A stretch of DNA of 64,000 bases from a virus (IMGVR_UViG_3300035180_000678), one strand, 5' to 3'; shown: positions 18,240-27,872, counted from the first letter of the stretch. Program-made: numbers and translations. The notes: generated from the letters alone by a model not told the origin.

Positions 18240-18849
18240 AGTGCTGGAGGGTCCGCAAGTCGCGGCTCTCCCGGGTGGCTGTAGCCTGCCTCCCAACGTC
18301 TTCCCTCCCATCGCCTACCGTGGCCCCCAATTGATCGGGCTGACGGGTAAGGCACGCAGCGGCAAGGACACCGTTGCAGGGATGTTGAAGGACGCCTTCC
18401 AAGTGGAAACTCTCGCCTTCGCCCGGCCTCTCAAGGAAGGGCTCAAGACGATGCTGAACCTCACGGACGAACACGTCCACGGCAGTCTCAAGGAGACGGT
18501 CATCGAGGACTTCGGCAAGAGCCCTCGCCAGATGCTCCAAACCCTCGGCACCGATTGGGGGCGGGAACTGGTGACCAACGACATCTGGCTCATCGTGGCC
18601 CAACGGCAGATCGCCGCGTGGCTGGACGAAGACAAGAGCGTCGTCATCACGGACGTTCGTTTCGACAACGAAGCGGACCTGATCCGGAAACTGGGCGGCT
18701 CCGTCTGGCACGTGCGTCGAAATGACGCCCAAGCCGTCAACGCTCATGCAAGCGAAGCTGGTGTCCTGTTCCACAGCGATACCGACAAGATCATTGACAA
18801 CAATGGAACTCTGGCCGAACTGTTCGATACGGTTTGCGATGAGTTCTGA
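18240..18849 (+). CDS. deoxynucleoside monophosphate kinase (phage dNMP kinase-like)
   Basis: P-loop GLTGKARSGKDT, typical of T4 gp1-like dNMP kinases, in the 18052 ORF frame. The true start is uncertain; GTG at ~18240 is the first candidate after the upstream stop. Confidence 0.55.
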
Positions 18850-18868
18850 ACCAAGGAGAAGAGAACAC

Positions 18869-19087
18869 ATGAGCAAGAAAGTCGTCCAATACAGCGCGAT
18901 TCATTCGCCGATCCATGTCGGCCTCAGCGTCACGCTGACGCCCGTCGATCACCCGGACACCTACAACGTGACGAACGGGATGCCCGCTTACACATCGGAT
19001 GTCGTCTCCTATGACGAAACCACCGGGTTCATCGAGACGAAGTACACACTGTACGTCCCGGAAGGTGCAGTGGGGGTTGACGCCTGA
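18869..19087 (+). CDS. hypothetical protein
   Basis: AAGGAGAAGAGAA SD before ATG at 18869. 72 aa. Confidence 0.4.
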   Translation: MSKKVVQYSAIHSPIHVGLSVTLTPVDHPDTYNVTNGMPAYTSDVVSYDETTGFIETKYTLYVPEGAVGVDA

Positions 19088-19104
19088 TGGCGTCTGTGGT
19101 ATAA
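19076..19104 (+). promoter_or_regulatory. sigma70-like promoter (TTGACG-17-TATAAT)
   Basis: ttgacg cctgatggcgtctgtgg tataat read directly from the sequence, upstream of the 19121 gene. Confidence 0.5.
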
Positions 19105-19120
19105 TTCCAATCCCGCCGCA

Positions 19121-19471
19121 ATGACACAACAAGAAAAGCCCGCGACTCGCATCGCGGAACTCGCTGGCAAGCTGAACGAAGTCCTGATGGACAGCGAAGC
19201 GAACTACTCCTTCACGGAAGTGTTCAACGCGCTGGGTCAGATTGTGACCCTCGTCACGCTCGACTACCTGAGCTTCACCGAACGCCTGTCCACGGAGGAA
19301 AACTTCGCGGAGCAGTTCAACAAGTTCATCCGTCTCGTGGGCTCGCAAGCCAAGTACGCCATCGAGCAGGAACGCATCGCAGCGTCCATCGCCGAGTTCG
19401 CGAAGAGCGGACTCATTCTCCCGGAGCAGGGTGTGGTTGCCCCGCCTCAAGGGATCATTCTCACCCCCTAA
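19121..19471 (+). CDS. hypothetical protein
   Basis: 116-aa ORF. Confidence 0.45.
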   Translation: MTQQEKPATRIAELAGKLNEVLMDSEANYSFTEVFNALGQIVTLVTLDYLSFTERLSTEENFAEQFNKFIRLVGSQAKYAIEQERIAASIAEFAKSGLILPEQGVVAPPQGIILTP

Positions 19472-19487
19472 CCACAAGGAGAATCAC

Positions 19488-19757
19488 ATGAGCATCAAGC
19501 AAGTCGTCACCGACCTCATCAACAAGGTCAAGTCCGCTGTCGGCATCGCCGTCGCTGCCCCTTCCGTCCAGACCGCTGTCGCGGCTCTGCACAAGGCCGT
19601 CGCCGACCTCGAAGTCGTGGCCTCGCATCACACGGGCCTGTCGGCTGCTGCGGACAAGCTGATCGCCGAAGCCGCTGCTGCCAAACTGGCTGCCGAACAG
19701 GAAATCGCCTCCGCACAACGCGTCGCGACGAACCTGAAGAACCTGCTGGGCCTGTAA
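19488..19757 (+). CDS. hypothetical Ala-rich coiled-coil protein
   Basis: AAGGAGAA SD before the internal ATG. 89 aa. Confidence 0.45.
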   Translation: MSIKQVVTDLINKVKSAVGIAVAAPSVQTAVAALHKAVADLEVVASHHTGLSAAADKLIAEAAAAKLAAEQEIASAQRVATNLKNLLGL

Positions 19758-19824
19758 GCCCTGCACCCATCGTGCCCTGCGTAGGCACCAATCAACTTTC
19801 CTCTGAGTAAAGGAACCATACCAA

Positions 19825-20766
19825 ATGGCATTCAAGCCCAAGTCCGAAACCGACCGTCCGCAACGCGAATACGAGCCCCGCAACATCCCCGTCCCCCGTG
19901 GCGGTCTGCGCAAGGGTCGCATCTCGCTCATCGTGGACCTCGGTGTCCAAGAGAACGAAGAGTACGTGGACCCCAAGACGCAAGAGACGCGCCAGCCGAA
20001 GCCCTGTCAACAAGTCGCGGTCTTCATCGACCTGACACATGACGTGGTGGACTACGGTGGTCAGATCGGCACCGCTCCGTACCGCATCTCTGTGAACCAC
20101 AACTTCGCGGGTGAGTGGACCGGCATCAACTTCAAGCCGGGTCCGCAGCGTGATCCTCAGGGCAACATCCTGAAGGACGCCAACGGCAAGTGGCTGCCGA
20201 AGGTGATCCCCCCGACGAACATGATTGCCAAGCTCTGCAAGGCTGTCGGTCGTTCGGACATCGCCGTCGAAGGCAACAAGCACTCGTTCGACCTCGAACA
20301 GCTTCTCAACCAGCCCCTCACGGTGACGGTGGAAGTCAAGGAGACGCCGGACAAGAACGGGAAGAAGGACAAGGAAGGCAACACCATCGTCTACAAGAAC
20401 GTCAACTTCAAGTCGGTCACCCCGGTCCCTGAAGACGACGATGGCAACCCGCAGAACGTGAACCCGCTCGCGATGCCTGCCCGAGTCATCAGCTTCGATT
20501 CCGCCACGAAGGAAGACATCAAGTTCATCCGTTCGGGCCTCATCAAGAAGATCAAGCTGGCGCAAGACTACGCGGGTTCCGCGATGCAACGCGCCATCGA
20601 AGCCTTCGAGAGCGAGCAGAACCAAGACGAAGGTGACGAGGACGAAGCTCCGGCTCCGACCCCGGCTCCCGCGCCGAAGCCTGCTGCCAAGGCCCCGAAG
20701 AAGAACGCTCCTGCGCCGAAGTCCGACACCGGCTTCGACGACATGGACGACGATGTGCCCTTCTAA
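19825..20766 (+). CDS. single-stranded DNA-binding protein (gp2.5/SSB-like) with acidic C-terminal tail
   Basis: Ends in ...DTGFDDMDDDVPF, the SSB-Ct partner-binding motif (compare DDDIPF). Sits in the T7-like replication gene set. The central region is basic/aromatic. Confidence 0.55.
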   Translation: MAFKPKSETDRPQREYEPRNIPVPRGGLRKGRISLIVDLGVQENEEYVDPKTQETRQPKPCQQVAVFIDLTHDVVDYGGQIGTAPYRISVNHNFAGEWTGINFKPGPQRDPQGNILKDANGKWLPKVIPPTNMIAKLCKAVGRSDIAVEGNKHSFDLEQLLNQPLTVTVEVKETPDKNGKKDKEGNTIVYKNVNFKSVTPVPEDDDGNPQNVNPLAMPARVISFDSATKEDIKFIRSGLIKKIKLAQDYAGSAMQRAIEAFESEQNQDEGDEDEAPAPTPAPAPKPAAKAPKKNAPAPKSDTGFDDMDDDVPF

Positions 20767-20789
20767 CCAGTTCCGGCTGGACTAAGGAC

Positions 20790-20822
20790 GCCCGCTCCCT
20801 TGATCGGGGAGTGGGCTTTTCC
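20790..20822 (+). terminator. rho-independent terminator
   Basis: CCCGCTCCC-ttgatc-GGGGAGTGGG hairpin followed by CTTTTCC. Confidence 0.55.
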
Positions 20823-20836
20823 GTTGAAAGGAGTCA

Positions 20837-21889
20837 ATGACACGAGTCTGTTTTGACTTTGATCCTATCCTGTACACCGCTGGCTTTGTTGGCGAGAAGC
20901 GGACGATCAAGGTTGTTCACCGTGAGAGCGGTGACGAGTATGAGTTCGGCAATCGAACTCAGTTTTGGGGACACCACAAGAAGAAGGCTGGCGGGTATCT
21001 AGCAGAATGGAACTCCGCCAAGAGTGAAGAGAAGAAGCGCAAGCCGGAAGAGTTCGACATCACAGATGTCCAAACCCCGGAGCCCTTCGAGAACTGCGTG
21101 CGAACGATGGACTCTCTCATCAAGGGGTACGTCGAAGCGATTGGTGCGGACGGTGGCTACTACGGCTACTCGGGTAGGGGCACGACATTCCGGGAGGATG
21201 TGTCCACGCTCATCAAGTACAAAGGCAATCGCGATGGTGCGTTGCGTCCGGTGCATCTGGACCAGATGAAGGAATACCTCATCAACAACCACGACTGTCG
21301 CATCGTGACGGGTATCGAAGCGGATGACGCGTGCAGCATCGACAGCTACAGTGCATACAAGCTCTGGAAGCGCACGGGGCTCGACAAGGACAAGCTGGTG
21401 CTGGCCTACGTGGACAAGGACTACCTGCAATGTGCGGGGCACCTCTACAACACGATGACTGGCAACGGCATCGACACGTATGGCGAAGGCTTCGGCAGTC
21501 TGTTCATCGACACGAGCGGCAAGGAGGCCAAGGTGCGTGGACGTGGTCGGATGTGGCTGTACTACCAGACCATGAACGGCGACGACGCGGACAACTACTT
21601 CGCGAATGTGGCATCCCCGGTGAAGTGGGCGGACATGAGCGCCTACAACGTGCTGAAGGATGCGAAGAACGACAAGGAAGCTCTCGAAGCAATGGTGCGT
21701 GGCTACAAGACGCTCTACCCTGCGCCGAAGACGGTGAAGGGCTGGCGTGGCGAGGACATCGACATCGATTGGCTCTACGTGATGCGGGAGAACTTTACGC
21801 TGGCTCGGATGCTCCGTTGGGAGGACGACAAGGTGGACGTTCTTGATGTGATGGACAAACTGGGAGTGAAGTTCGATGGAACTGCCTAA
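20837..21889 (+). CDS. 5'-3' exonuclease, T7 gp6 / FEN-like
   Basis: TGIEADDACS and AYVDKDYLQ align with the T7 gene 6 motifs EGDDVMG and ISCDKDF. The C-terminal RMLRWEDDKV resembles gp6 ARILRFNEYN. Confidence 0.65.
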   Translation: MTRVCFDFDPILYTAGFVGEKRTIKVVHRESGDEYEFGNRTQFWGHHKKKAGGYLAEWNSAKSEEKKRKPEEFDITDVQTPEPFENCVRTMDSLIKGYVEAIGADGGYYGYSGRGTTFREDVSTLIKYKGNRDGALRPVHLDQMKEYLINNHDCRIVTGIEADDACSIDSYSAYKLWKRTGLDKDKLVLAYVDKDYLQCAGHLYNTMTGNGIDTYGEGFGSLFIDTSGKEAKVRGRGRMWLYYQTMNGDDADNYFANVASPVKWADMSAYNVLKDAKNDKEALEAMVRGYKTLYPAPKTVKGWRGEDIDIDWLYVMRENFTLARMLRWEDDKVDVLDVMDKLGVKFDGTA

Positions 21890-22073
21890 CAACTTCCGAT
21901 TCGTCCATCGTCGGGACGGCCCAACCTACACGGCAGAGTTTGTGGATGATTGGGTGAGGAAGCACGGCTTCTTGTATAAGGTGAAGCGTGATGACAAACC
22001 TGATGCTCCAGTCTACTTCCGTGAAGACGCCATCATGAACTTCATTGAAAGCGAAGCATGGGAGATGGTTTAG
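21876..22073 (+). CDS. hypothetical protein
   Basis: 65-aa ORF overlapping its neighbours by a few codons. Confidence 0.35.
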   Translation: MELPNNFRFVHRRDGPTYTAEFVDDWVRKHGFLYKVKRDDKPDAPVYFREDAIMNFIESEAWEMV

Positions 22074-22615
22074 TGGAGCCTTGGGAAGCCTACCCGAGCA
22101 TCTGGAAAACGAAGGCTGCGTTCTTTGCGTACCTGCGGGGCGGACTCCGGTCAGTCTGGAGCCGCTACCCCGCGAAGTTGAAGTGGAAGGATTCTCAAAC
22201 CACTACGGAGAAGCCTGAGGGCTACACCGGGCGAGGTAAGAGTTTCGGCAAATGCCATTACTGCGGAGAGATGTTCACGAAGAGTTCTCTCGAAGTTGAC
22301 CACGTTCAGCAAGCGGGCACCTGCAACTCGTGGGAGACAGCCAACGAATTCCTGCACAACCTTCTCGACGTGAACAACAATTGGGTGCTGGCATGTCGCC
22401 CGTGCCACAAGATCAAGAGCTATGCCGAACGCAGCGGCACAGACTTTGCGGAAGCCATGTTGCAGAAGCAAGTGATCGCGTTCATGAAGAGGGGTAAAGA
22501 TGAAATTCTCAACTTCTGTCACGCCAACGGATACCCTCGGGCATCGCTCAAGACGGTGGCCCAGCGAAAGCAAGCTGTGACCGAAATTCTCCGACAACAG
22601 AAGGAGTCTGGATGA
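22058..22615 (+). CDS. HNH endonuclease
   Basis: CHYCG...LEVDHV...N....ACRPCH is an HNH motif with flanking Cys pairs. Confidence 0.65.
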   Translation: MGDGLVEPWEAYPSIWKTKAAFFAYLRGGLRSVWSRYPAKLKWKDSQTTTEKPEGYTGRGKSFGKCHYCGEMFTKSSLEVDHVQQAGTCNSWETANEFLHNLLDVNNNWVLACRPCHKIKSYAERSGTDFAEAMLQKQVIAFMKRGKDEILNFCHANGYPRASLKTVAQRKQAVTEILRQQKESG

Positions 22616-23499
22616 CTGAAAACTGGCGGCAACAAGCCGCGACGATGGCAGACGCGGGCACATCGTGGCGAGGGATCGCTGCGGCTCTCAACCTGCCGAA
22701 GAGCACGGTGAGCGATTACCTGCGGAAGCTTGCGGAGGCTGGTCCCGCTCAGGAGCCCGCCTTGGATAGCCGGTGGTACACCGTCCCTGTCAAGGCTCCA
22801 CTGATCGTTCCACAAGCCAACAGCGTGCATGACAACAGCCGAGTGCTTCTCATCTCGGACATGCACATTCCCTACCACCACAAGAGGCTCATCCCCTTCC
22901 TGAAGGGATTGAAGGACAAGTACCAACCGACGCGGGTGATCTGCCTCGGTGACGAACTGGACAAGCACGCTCTGTCGTTCCACGACTCTGACCCTGACCT
23001 CGACTCGGCAGGACAAGAACTGGAGAAGTCGCTACCCGTCATCGCCGAACTGAAGCATCTCTTCCCGACGATGGACCTCGTGGACTCGAACCACGGCTCC
23101 ATGATCTACCGGAAGGCGAAGCATCACGGTCTGCCTCGTCGGTACATCCGAAGCTACAACGAGGTGCTGGATGTGGACGACGGTTGGCAATGGCATGAAG
23201 ACCTGACCATCGAACTTCCGAACGGCCAGTTCGTGTACATCTGCCACGGCAAGACGGTGGAAGCGATTCGCACCAGCCAGATGTACGGCATGAACCACAT
23301 CTGCGGTCACTACCACGAGAGTTTCGCTCTGAAGTATTGGAGCACTCCCCGTGATCTGCTGTGGGGCATGAATGGTGGTTGCCTCATCGACAACAAATCT
23401 CTGGCGTTCGCATACAACCGTGTGAACCCCAAGCGCCCGGTCATCGGCACGGGCCTCATCATCAACGGCGTCCCTCTGCTGGAAGCCATGTCTCTCTGA
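22612..23499 (+). CDS. calcineurin-like metallophosphoesterase with N-terminal HTH
   Basis: N-terminal HTH (GIAAALNLPKSTVSDYLRK). Metallophosphatase motifs SDMHIPYHH (DxH), CLGDELD (GDxxD), SNHG (GNH[ED]) and CGHYH. Confidence 0.65.
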   Translation: MTENWRQQAATMADAGTSWRGIAAALNLPKSTVSDYLRKLAEAGPAQEPALDSRWYTVPVKAPLIVPQANSVHDNSRVLLISDMHIPYHHKRLIPFLKGLKDKYQPTRVICLGDELDKHALSFHDSDPDLDSAGQELEKSLPVIAELKHLFPTMDLVDSNHGSMIYRKAKHHGLPRRYIRSYNEVLDVDDGWQWHEDLTIELPNGQFVYICHGKTVEAIRTSQMYGMNHICGHYHESFALKYWSTPRDLLWGMNGGCLIDNKSLAFAYNRVNPKRPVIGTGLIINGVPLLEAMSL

Positions 23500-23510
23500 A
23501 AGGAATCTCA

Positions 23511-24125
23511 ATGTTCCATCAAGTTCAAGTTCCGCTGGGCATGTTGCCCTTCGTCCTCATCCTCCGCGCTGTGTCCCCGACCGATGGTCAAGTGGCTGTG
23601 CTGAAGACCCCGTTCTTCACCTCGGACATCATCGACAACGATGAAGGTCAAGACGTTCGTGGCGAGTTCTACGCGGACTACTTCCGCCTCATCAGCGCCG
23701 ACAGCACGGACGACTTCGCCTACGGCCAACTGTACTCGTACAAGTACATCCCGAACCTGCTGGCCTACCTGCAAGCGCAGAACGTCCAGAACCCGTTCCC
23801 CACTCCGGAGCCTGACCCGGAACCGGAGCCCGGCTGGCAGCCTGCTGAACCGGAAGTCGGTGAGCAACCTGCCCCGGTCGATCCCGTGGTGTTCGTGAAC
23901 GTCCCGGCTGAAGATGGCCTGACGGAGCACGTGCAGATGACGGCCTCTGAAGCAGCGGCTCAGGGCCACGTGGATGCCTCTCTGGCTACCACCCCCGCCC
24001 CCATCGTCGAAGAAGCGCCTGTGGAGGCTCCTGCCCCGGTTGCTGAGGCTCCTGTGGTCGAAGCTGCCCCTGCCGAACCCGCTGCTGCGGAAGAAGCCCC
24101 GGCTGAAGAACACGAGGACGCGTAA
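23511..24125 (+). CDS. hypothetical protein with acidic Pro/Ala/Glu-rich C-terminal tail
   Basis: AAAGGAAT SD before ATG. The C-terminal 90 aa are low-complexity PEPDPEPEP / APVEAPAPVAEAPVVEAAPAE. Confidence 0.4.
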   Translation: MFHQVQVPLGMLPFVLILRAVSPTDGQVAVLKTPFFTSDIIDNDEGQDVRGEFYADYFRLISADSTDDFAYGQLYSYKYIPNLLAYLQAQNVQNPFPTPEPDPEPEPGWQPAEPEVGEQPAPVDPVVFVNVPAEDGLTEHVQMTASEAAAQGHVDASLATTPAPIVEEAPVEAPAPVAEAPVVEAAPAEPAAAEEAPAEEHEDA

Positions 24126-24319
24126 TGAGTGAGCCCTGCACCATCTGCGGGGCGGAGGCCACCCGGCTTTTCGGGGCCTCCACGCTCCTGTGCGACAACC
24201 CGGCCTGTGAGCAAGCTGTCCTGAACGAAGCGAACTTCGCTCTCGACGAAGCTGCCCGGACGGCATGGGAAGCTCAAATGGCCCGGGAATATCCGGTCGC
24301 CAATCCGCTTCTCGATTGA
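24125..24319 (+). CDS. small Zn-ribbon-like protein
   Basis: CTICG...C..PAC Cys pairs in a 64-aa protein. ATGA overlap with the upstream gene. Confidence 0.4.
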   Translation: MSEPCTICGAEATRLFGASTLLCDNPACEQAVLNEANFALDEAARTAWEAQMAREYPVANPLLD

Positions 24320-24341
24320 CAACTAGAGACAAGGAGAAAGA

Positions 24342-24860
24342 ATGTCCCGAGTGTTTTCCTTCCGTGATCTGCAACTGATCCCGGAACTTTCCGAATACAA
24401 CGAAATCGAACTGCTGCACCCGTCGATGGACGATCTGGTGAACAGCTTCCTGAGCCAGCTTGGCTTCAACATCCATCAGTCGGTGCTCTACGTTCCGGCT
24501 CTGCATCGGGACATGCAGGGGAACGTCGGCGTGGGCTTCCGTGCAGTCGGCTCCATCACCACATCGCGTGAATTCCTGAACAGCAAGCTGTGCTCGCCCA
24601 TCGAGCGCCTGATCGCTGCCTCGACGTATGACATGAGCCTGACGAAAGAACTGTCGAAGCTCATGGGCTCCAGCGTCTCGCTCTTCACCCGGGCGGATGG
24701 CGAAGACCCCGACTTCCCTGAGGAACTGGTCGAGCCGGACTGCGAAGACATCTCGAATCAGATCGCGATGCTTGAAGCTCTGCGAGATGACATCCGTGGC
24801 ACGCCCTATAACGAATGGGGTGCTCTGAAGACTCCTGAAGAGTATAAGGTGGCGGCATGA
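24342..24860 (+). CDS. hypothetical protein
   Basis: 172-aa ORF with a AAGGAGAAAGAATG SD. Confidence 0.4.
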   Translation: MSRVFSFRDLQLIPELSEYNEIELLHPSMDDLVNSFLSQLGFNIHQSVLYVPALHRDMQGNVGVGFRAVGSITTSREFLNSKLCSPIERLIAASTYDMSLTKELSKLMGSSVSLFTRADGEDPDFPEELVEPDCEDISNQIAMLEALRDDIRGTPYNEWGALKTPEEYKVAA

Positions 24861-25165
24861 GTGGCCCGAGCCCGTGGGTGCCTGAGAACGACGTGTGTCG
24901 TTTGAAGGTGCTGGGCAAAGCTCTGGAAGAAGGTGGGGAGTACGTCTCCGCTGTCGCCCGGTGTCTCATCCAAGGCATTGCCGAAAGCGAGCCAACAACG
25001 GGCAAACCGAACAGGCAATGGCTGGAGGAAGAGATGGCGGACGTGATGGCAACCATGCAGCATCTCGTGCGGGAGTTCGACTTGGACATCCACGCGATGT
25101 CTCAGCGGGTCGAGAAGAAGTACGCGTACCTGAGGAAGTGGTTCGACTTCGAGGTGGAAGCATGA
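24857..25165 (+). CDS. MazG-like nucleotide pyrophosphohydrolase
   Basis: All-alpha 102-aa protein with an EExxE/D pattern (LEEGGEYVSA...WLEEEMADVMATMQHLV...LDIHAMSQRVEKKYAYLRKW), typical of the small MazG/NTP-PPase fold. Confidence 0.5.
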   Translation: MSGPSPWVPENDVCRLKVLGKALEEGGEYVSAVARCLIQGIAESEPTTGKPNRQWLEEEMADVMATMQHLVREFDLDIHAMSQRVEKKYAYLRKWFDFEVEA

Positions 25166-25335
25166 AGCTCGAAGACGTGGTTCCGATTGATGACCTAACG
25201 GAACATCAATTCCAAATGTACATGGAGGCGCGTGGAGGCTGTACATGCTTCATCAGCCCTCCGTGCCACGCCTGCATCGAGCCGCCCACCCGGGAAGAAC
25301 TGGAAGACGTGGGATTTGAACTGGAGGACGAATGA
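25162..25335 (+). CDS. small Cys-rich protein
   Basis: Internal ATG overlapping the MazG stop. CTCFISPPCHAC motif. 57 aa. Confidence 0.35.
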   Translation: MKLEDVVPIDDLTEHQFQMYMEARGGCTCFISPPCHACIEPPTREELEDVGFELEDE

Positions 25336-25763
25336 AGCTTTTCGCCAAACGCAAAGATGGTGGACCTGATTCCAACGTCACGGGCTACTGGCTCATCGAG
25401 TGGAAGGGCCTCTTCTCCATCGCCCTGCTGCGATTCAGCGACGGAAGCCGCGAGGCTTACCACTCACACGCGTTCAACAGCGTGTCGTGGGTGCTCCGTG
25501 GGCACCTCGAAGAAGAACGGCTCATCGAGTTGAAGTTGCCGCTCATCGGATATTTCATCCCGGGCTTCAAGAATGTGGTGCGTCGCACTCACTTCAAGCC
25601 GAGCCTGAAACCCATCGTCACGACACGCGACAATCTGCACAAGGTCTACAGCCACGGCACTACATGGGCTCTGACCTTCCGGGGTCCGTGGAGCAAGACG
25701 TGGATGGAGCGTCGGCCTGACGGTGACGTGACCCTGACCAATGGTCGCAAGATCGTCGGATGA
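25332..25763 (+). CDS. hypothetical protein
   Basis: 143-aa ORF with ATGA overlap to the upstream gene. Confidence 0.4.
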   Translation: MKLFAKRKDGGPDSNVTGYWLIEWKGLFSIALLRFSDGSREAYHSHAFNSVSWVLRGHLEEERLIELKLPLIGYFIPGFKNVVRRTHFKPSLKPIVTTRDNLHKVYSHGTTWALTFRGPWSKTWMERRPDGDVTLTNGRKIVG

Positions 25764-25948
25764 ACAAGACCTACATCATTGCCTACCGCATCCCGATGCT
25801 TCGCTGGATGCGAGTAGACACCGTTCGCATTGATGCCGCATCGCCTGAAGAAGCGGTGCGGCTCTTTTGCCTTTCCTTTCCAACGTACCGCATCGAGCAC
25901 GTTGCCACGTTGGATGAACTACAAACCTTTCCTGAAGAGAGTGAATGA
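25760..25948 (+). CDS. hypothetical protein
   Basis: 62-aa ORF translationally coupled to both neighbours. Confidence 0.35.
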   Translation: MNKTYIIAYRIPMLRWMRVDTVRIDAASPEEAVRLFCLSFPTYRIEHVATLDELQTFPEESE

Positions 25949-27858
25949 CAACTGAAATTCAAACCCCGTGGTCGTCTGTCGGCTACCTCACCTTCAAGCG
26001 CACCTACGCCCGCCGTCTGTTCGAGAACGACCCTGAGTCCTCAACGGAAGAATTCACTGACACTGTTGACCGTGTGGTTCGTGCTGCCAACGATCAACTG
26101 AAGTGTGACTTCGGCGTCTCGGAATCCGAACGTCTCCGTCGCTACCTGCTGGAACTGAAGGGCACCGTTGCTGGCCGCTTCCTCTGGCAACTGGGTACGA
26201 AGACGGTGGACACGCTGGGTCTTTCGTCCCTCCAGAACTGTGCGTTCGTCGTGGTGGACACTCCGGTGCGTCCGTTCACGTGGGCGATGGACATGCTGAT
26301 GCTGGGCTCTGGCGTTGGCTACAACATCCAGCGCAAGAACGTGGACAAGCTCCCGGCTGTGAACGCAGAGTTCAAGGCTCCGAAGCGTCAGGACTCGGCG
26401 GATGCTGACTTTGTCGTACCTGATACACGCGAAGGTTGGGTTGCCCTGCTGGCGAAGACGCTGAAAGCTGCCTTCCTGTCGGACAAGGACAACCCTCACT
26501 TCACCTACTCGACGCAACTGATCCGCTCGAAGGGTGCTCCGATCAAGGGCTTCGGTGGGACGGCCTCCGGTCCTGAGGACTTGTGCAAAGGCATCGCACA
26601 GATTTCCGCTGTGCTGGAGAAGCGGGCTGGCAAGAAGATTCGCCCGATTGATGCTCTCGACATCATGAACATCATCGGTGCCATCGTGGTTGCTGGTAAT
26701 GTCCGTCGCTCTGCGCAGATCGCGATTGGTGATCCGGATGACGTGGAGTACCTGCTGGCGAAGCGTTGGGACATGGGCAACATTCCTTCGTGGCGTGCGA
26801 TGTCCAACAACTCGGTGGTCTGTGATCGCATCAGCGACCTCCACGAGTATTTTTGGGATGGCTACACCGGCAAGGGCGAGCCCTACGGCCTCATCAACCT
26901 GAAGCTCTCGCGTCAGATGGGCCGACTGGGTGAGACGCAGTATCCGGACCCCGAGGTTCAGGGCTACAACCCGTGTGCCGAACAGAGTCTGGCGTCTTAC
27001 GAGACGTGCTGCCTTGCGGAAGTCTACCTGCCGAACATCTCGTCGAAGGAAGAACTGCTGGATGTGGTGAAGCTCCTGTACCGAGTGAACAAGCATTCGC
27101 TGATGCTGCGCTCGCACCATAAGGAAACGGAAGCCATCGTCCACAAGAACCTGCGCATGGGTATCGGCATGACCGGCATCCTGCAAGCGACAGCGGAACA
27201 GCGTTCGTGGTTGGACGAGACGTACAAGGCTCTCCGGGAGTATGACAAGGAGTATTCGGCTGCACGTGGCTGGCCCATCTCCGTCAAGCTGACGACTGTG
27301 AAGCCTTCGGGCACACTGTCGCTGCTGCCGGGCGTGACTCCGGGCATCCACCCTGCCTACGCTCAGTACATGATCCGTCGCATTCGGATTGCTGCTGGTC
27401 ATCCGCTGATTCAGGTCTGCCGCGATCACGGCTACCCGGTGGAGTACCAACGCAACTTCGACGGCACGGAGGACTACGGCACTGTGGTGGTGAGCTTCCC
27501 GTTCGCCTACCCCGAGGGCACTGTGCTGGCGAAGGACATGAGTGCGGTTGACCAACTGAAGATGGTCAAAGAGATGCAATCGGTCTGGTCGGACAACAGC
27601 GTGTCGTGTACCGTATACTACCGGAAGGAAGAGCTTCCCGAGATTCAAACCTACCTCGCGAAGAACTACGCGAAGGGCCACAAGTCTCTGAGCTTCCTCC
27701 TGCACTCGGAACATGGCTTCGACCAAGCTCCGTATGAGGAAATCTCGAAGGAGCAGTACGATGCTCTCGTGGCTTCCACCCGTCTCATCTCGTCCATCGG
27801 CTCTGCTGAGTTTGACGGTGGGGATGAATGTGCAACGGGTGCTTGCCCCATCAAGTAA
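25945..27858 (+). CDS. ribonucleotide reductase, class II-like (NrdJ-like) catalytic subunit
   Basis: Active-site loop YNPCAEQ (NPC[AG]E thiyl-radical Cys), KPSGTLS loop and C-terminal Cys pair CATGAC. 637 aa. Confidence 0.7.
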   Translation: MTTEIQTPWSSVGYLTFKRTYARRLFENDPESSTEEFTDTVDRVVRAANDQLKCDFGVSESERLRRYLLELKGTVAGRFLWQLGTKTVDTLGLSSLQNCAFVVVDTPVRPFTWAMDMLMLGSGVGYNIQRKNVDKLPAVNAEFKAPKRQDSADADFVVPDTREGWVALLAKTLKAAFLSDKDNPHFTYSTQLIRSKGAPIKGFGGTASGPEDLCKGIAQISAVLEKRAGKKIRPIDALDIMNIIGAIVVAGNVRRSAQIAIGDPDDVEYLLAKRWDMGNIPSWRAMSNNSVVCDRISDLHEYFWDGYTGKGEPYGLINLKLSRQMGRLGETQYPDPEVQGYNPCAEQSLASYETCCLAEVYLPNISSKEELLDVVKLLYRVNKHSLMLRSHHKETEAIVHKNLRMGIGMTGILQATAEQRSWLDETYKALREYDKEYSAARGWPISVKLTTVKPSGTLSLLPGVTPGIHPAYAQYMIRRIRIAAGHPLIQVCRDHGYPVEYQRNFDGTEDYGTVVVSFPFAYPEGTVLAKDMSAVDQLKMVKEMQSVWSDNSVSCTVYYRKEELPEIQTYLAKNYAKGHKSLSFLLHSEHGFDQAPYEEISKEQYDALVASTRLISSIGSAEFDGGDECATGACPIK

Positions 27859-27872
27859 GCCTGTGCTACACT

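Noticed and set aside
23508-24506. 332-aa minus-strand ORF
   Set aside because: Antisense to three plus-strand genes with good SDs. Arg-rich composition.
26041-27726. 561-aa minus-strand ORF
   Set aside because: Antisense to the ribonucleotide reductase gene.
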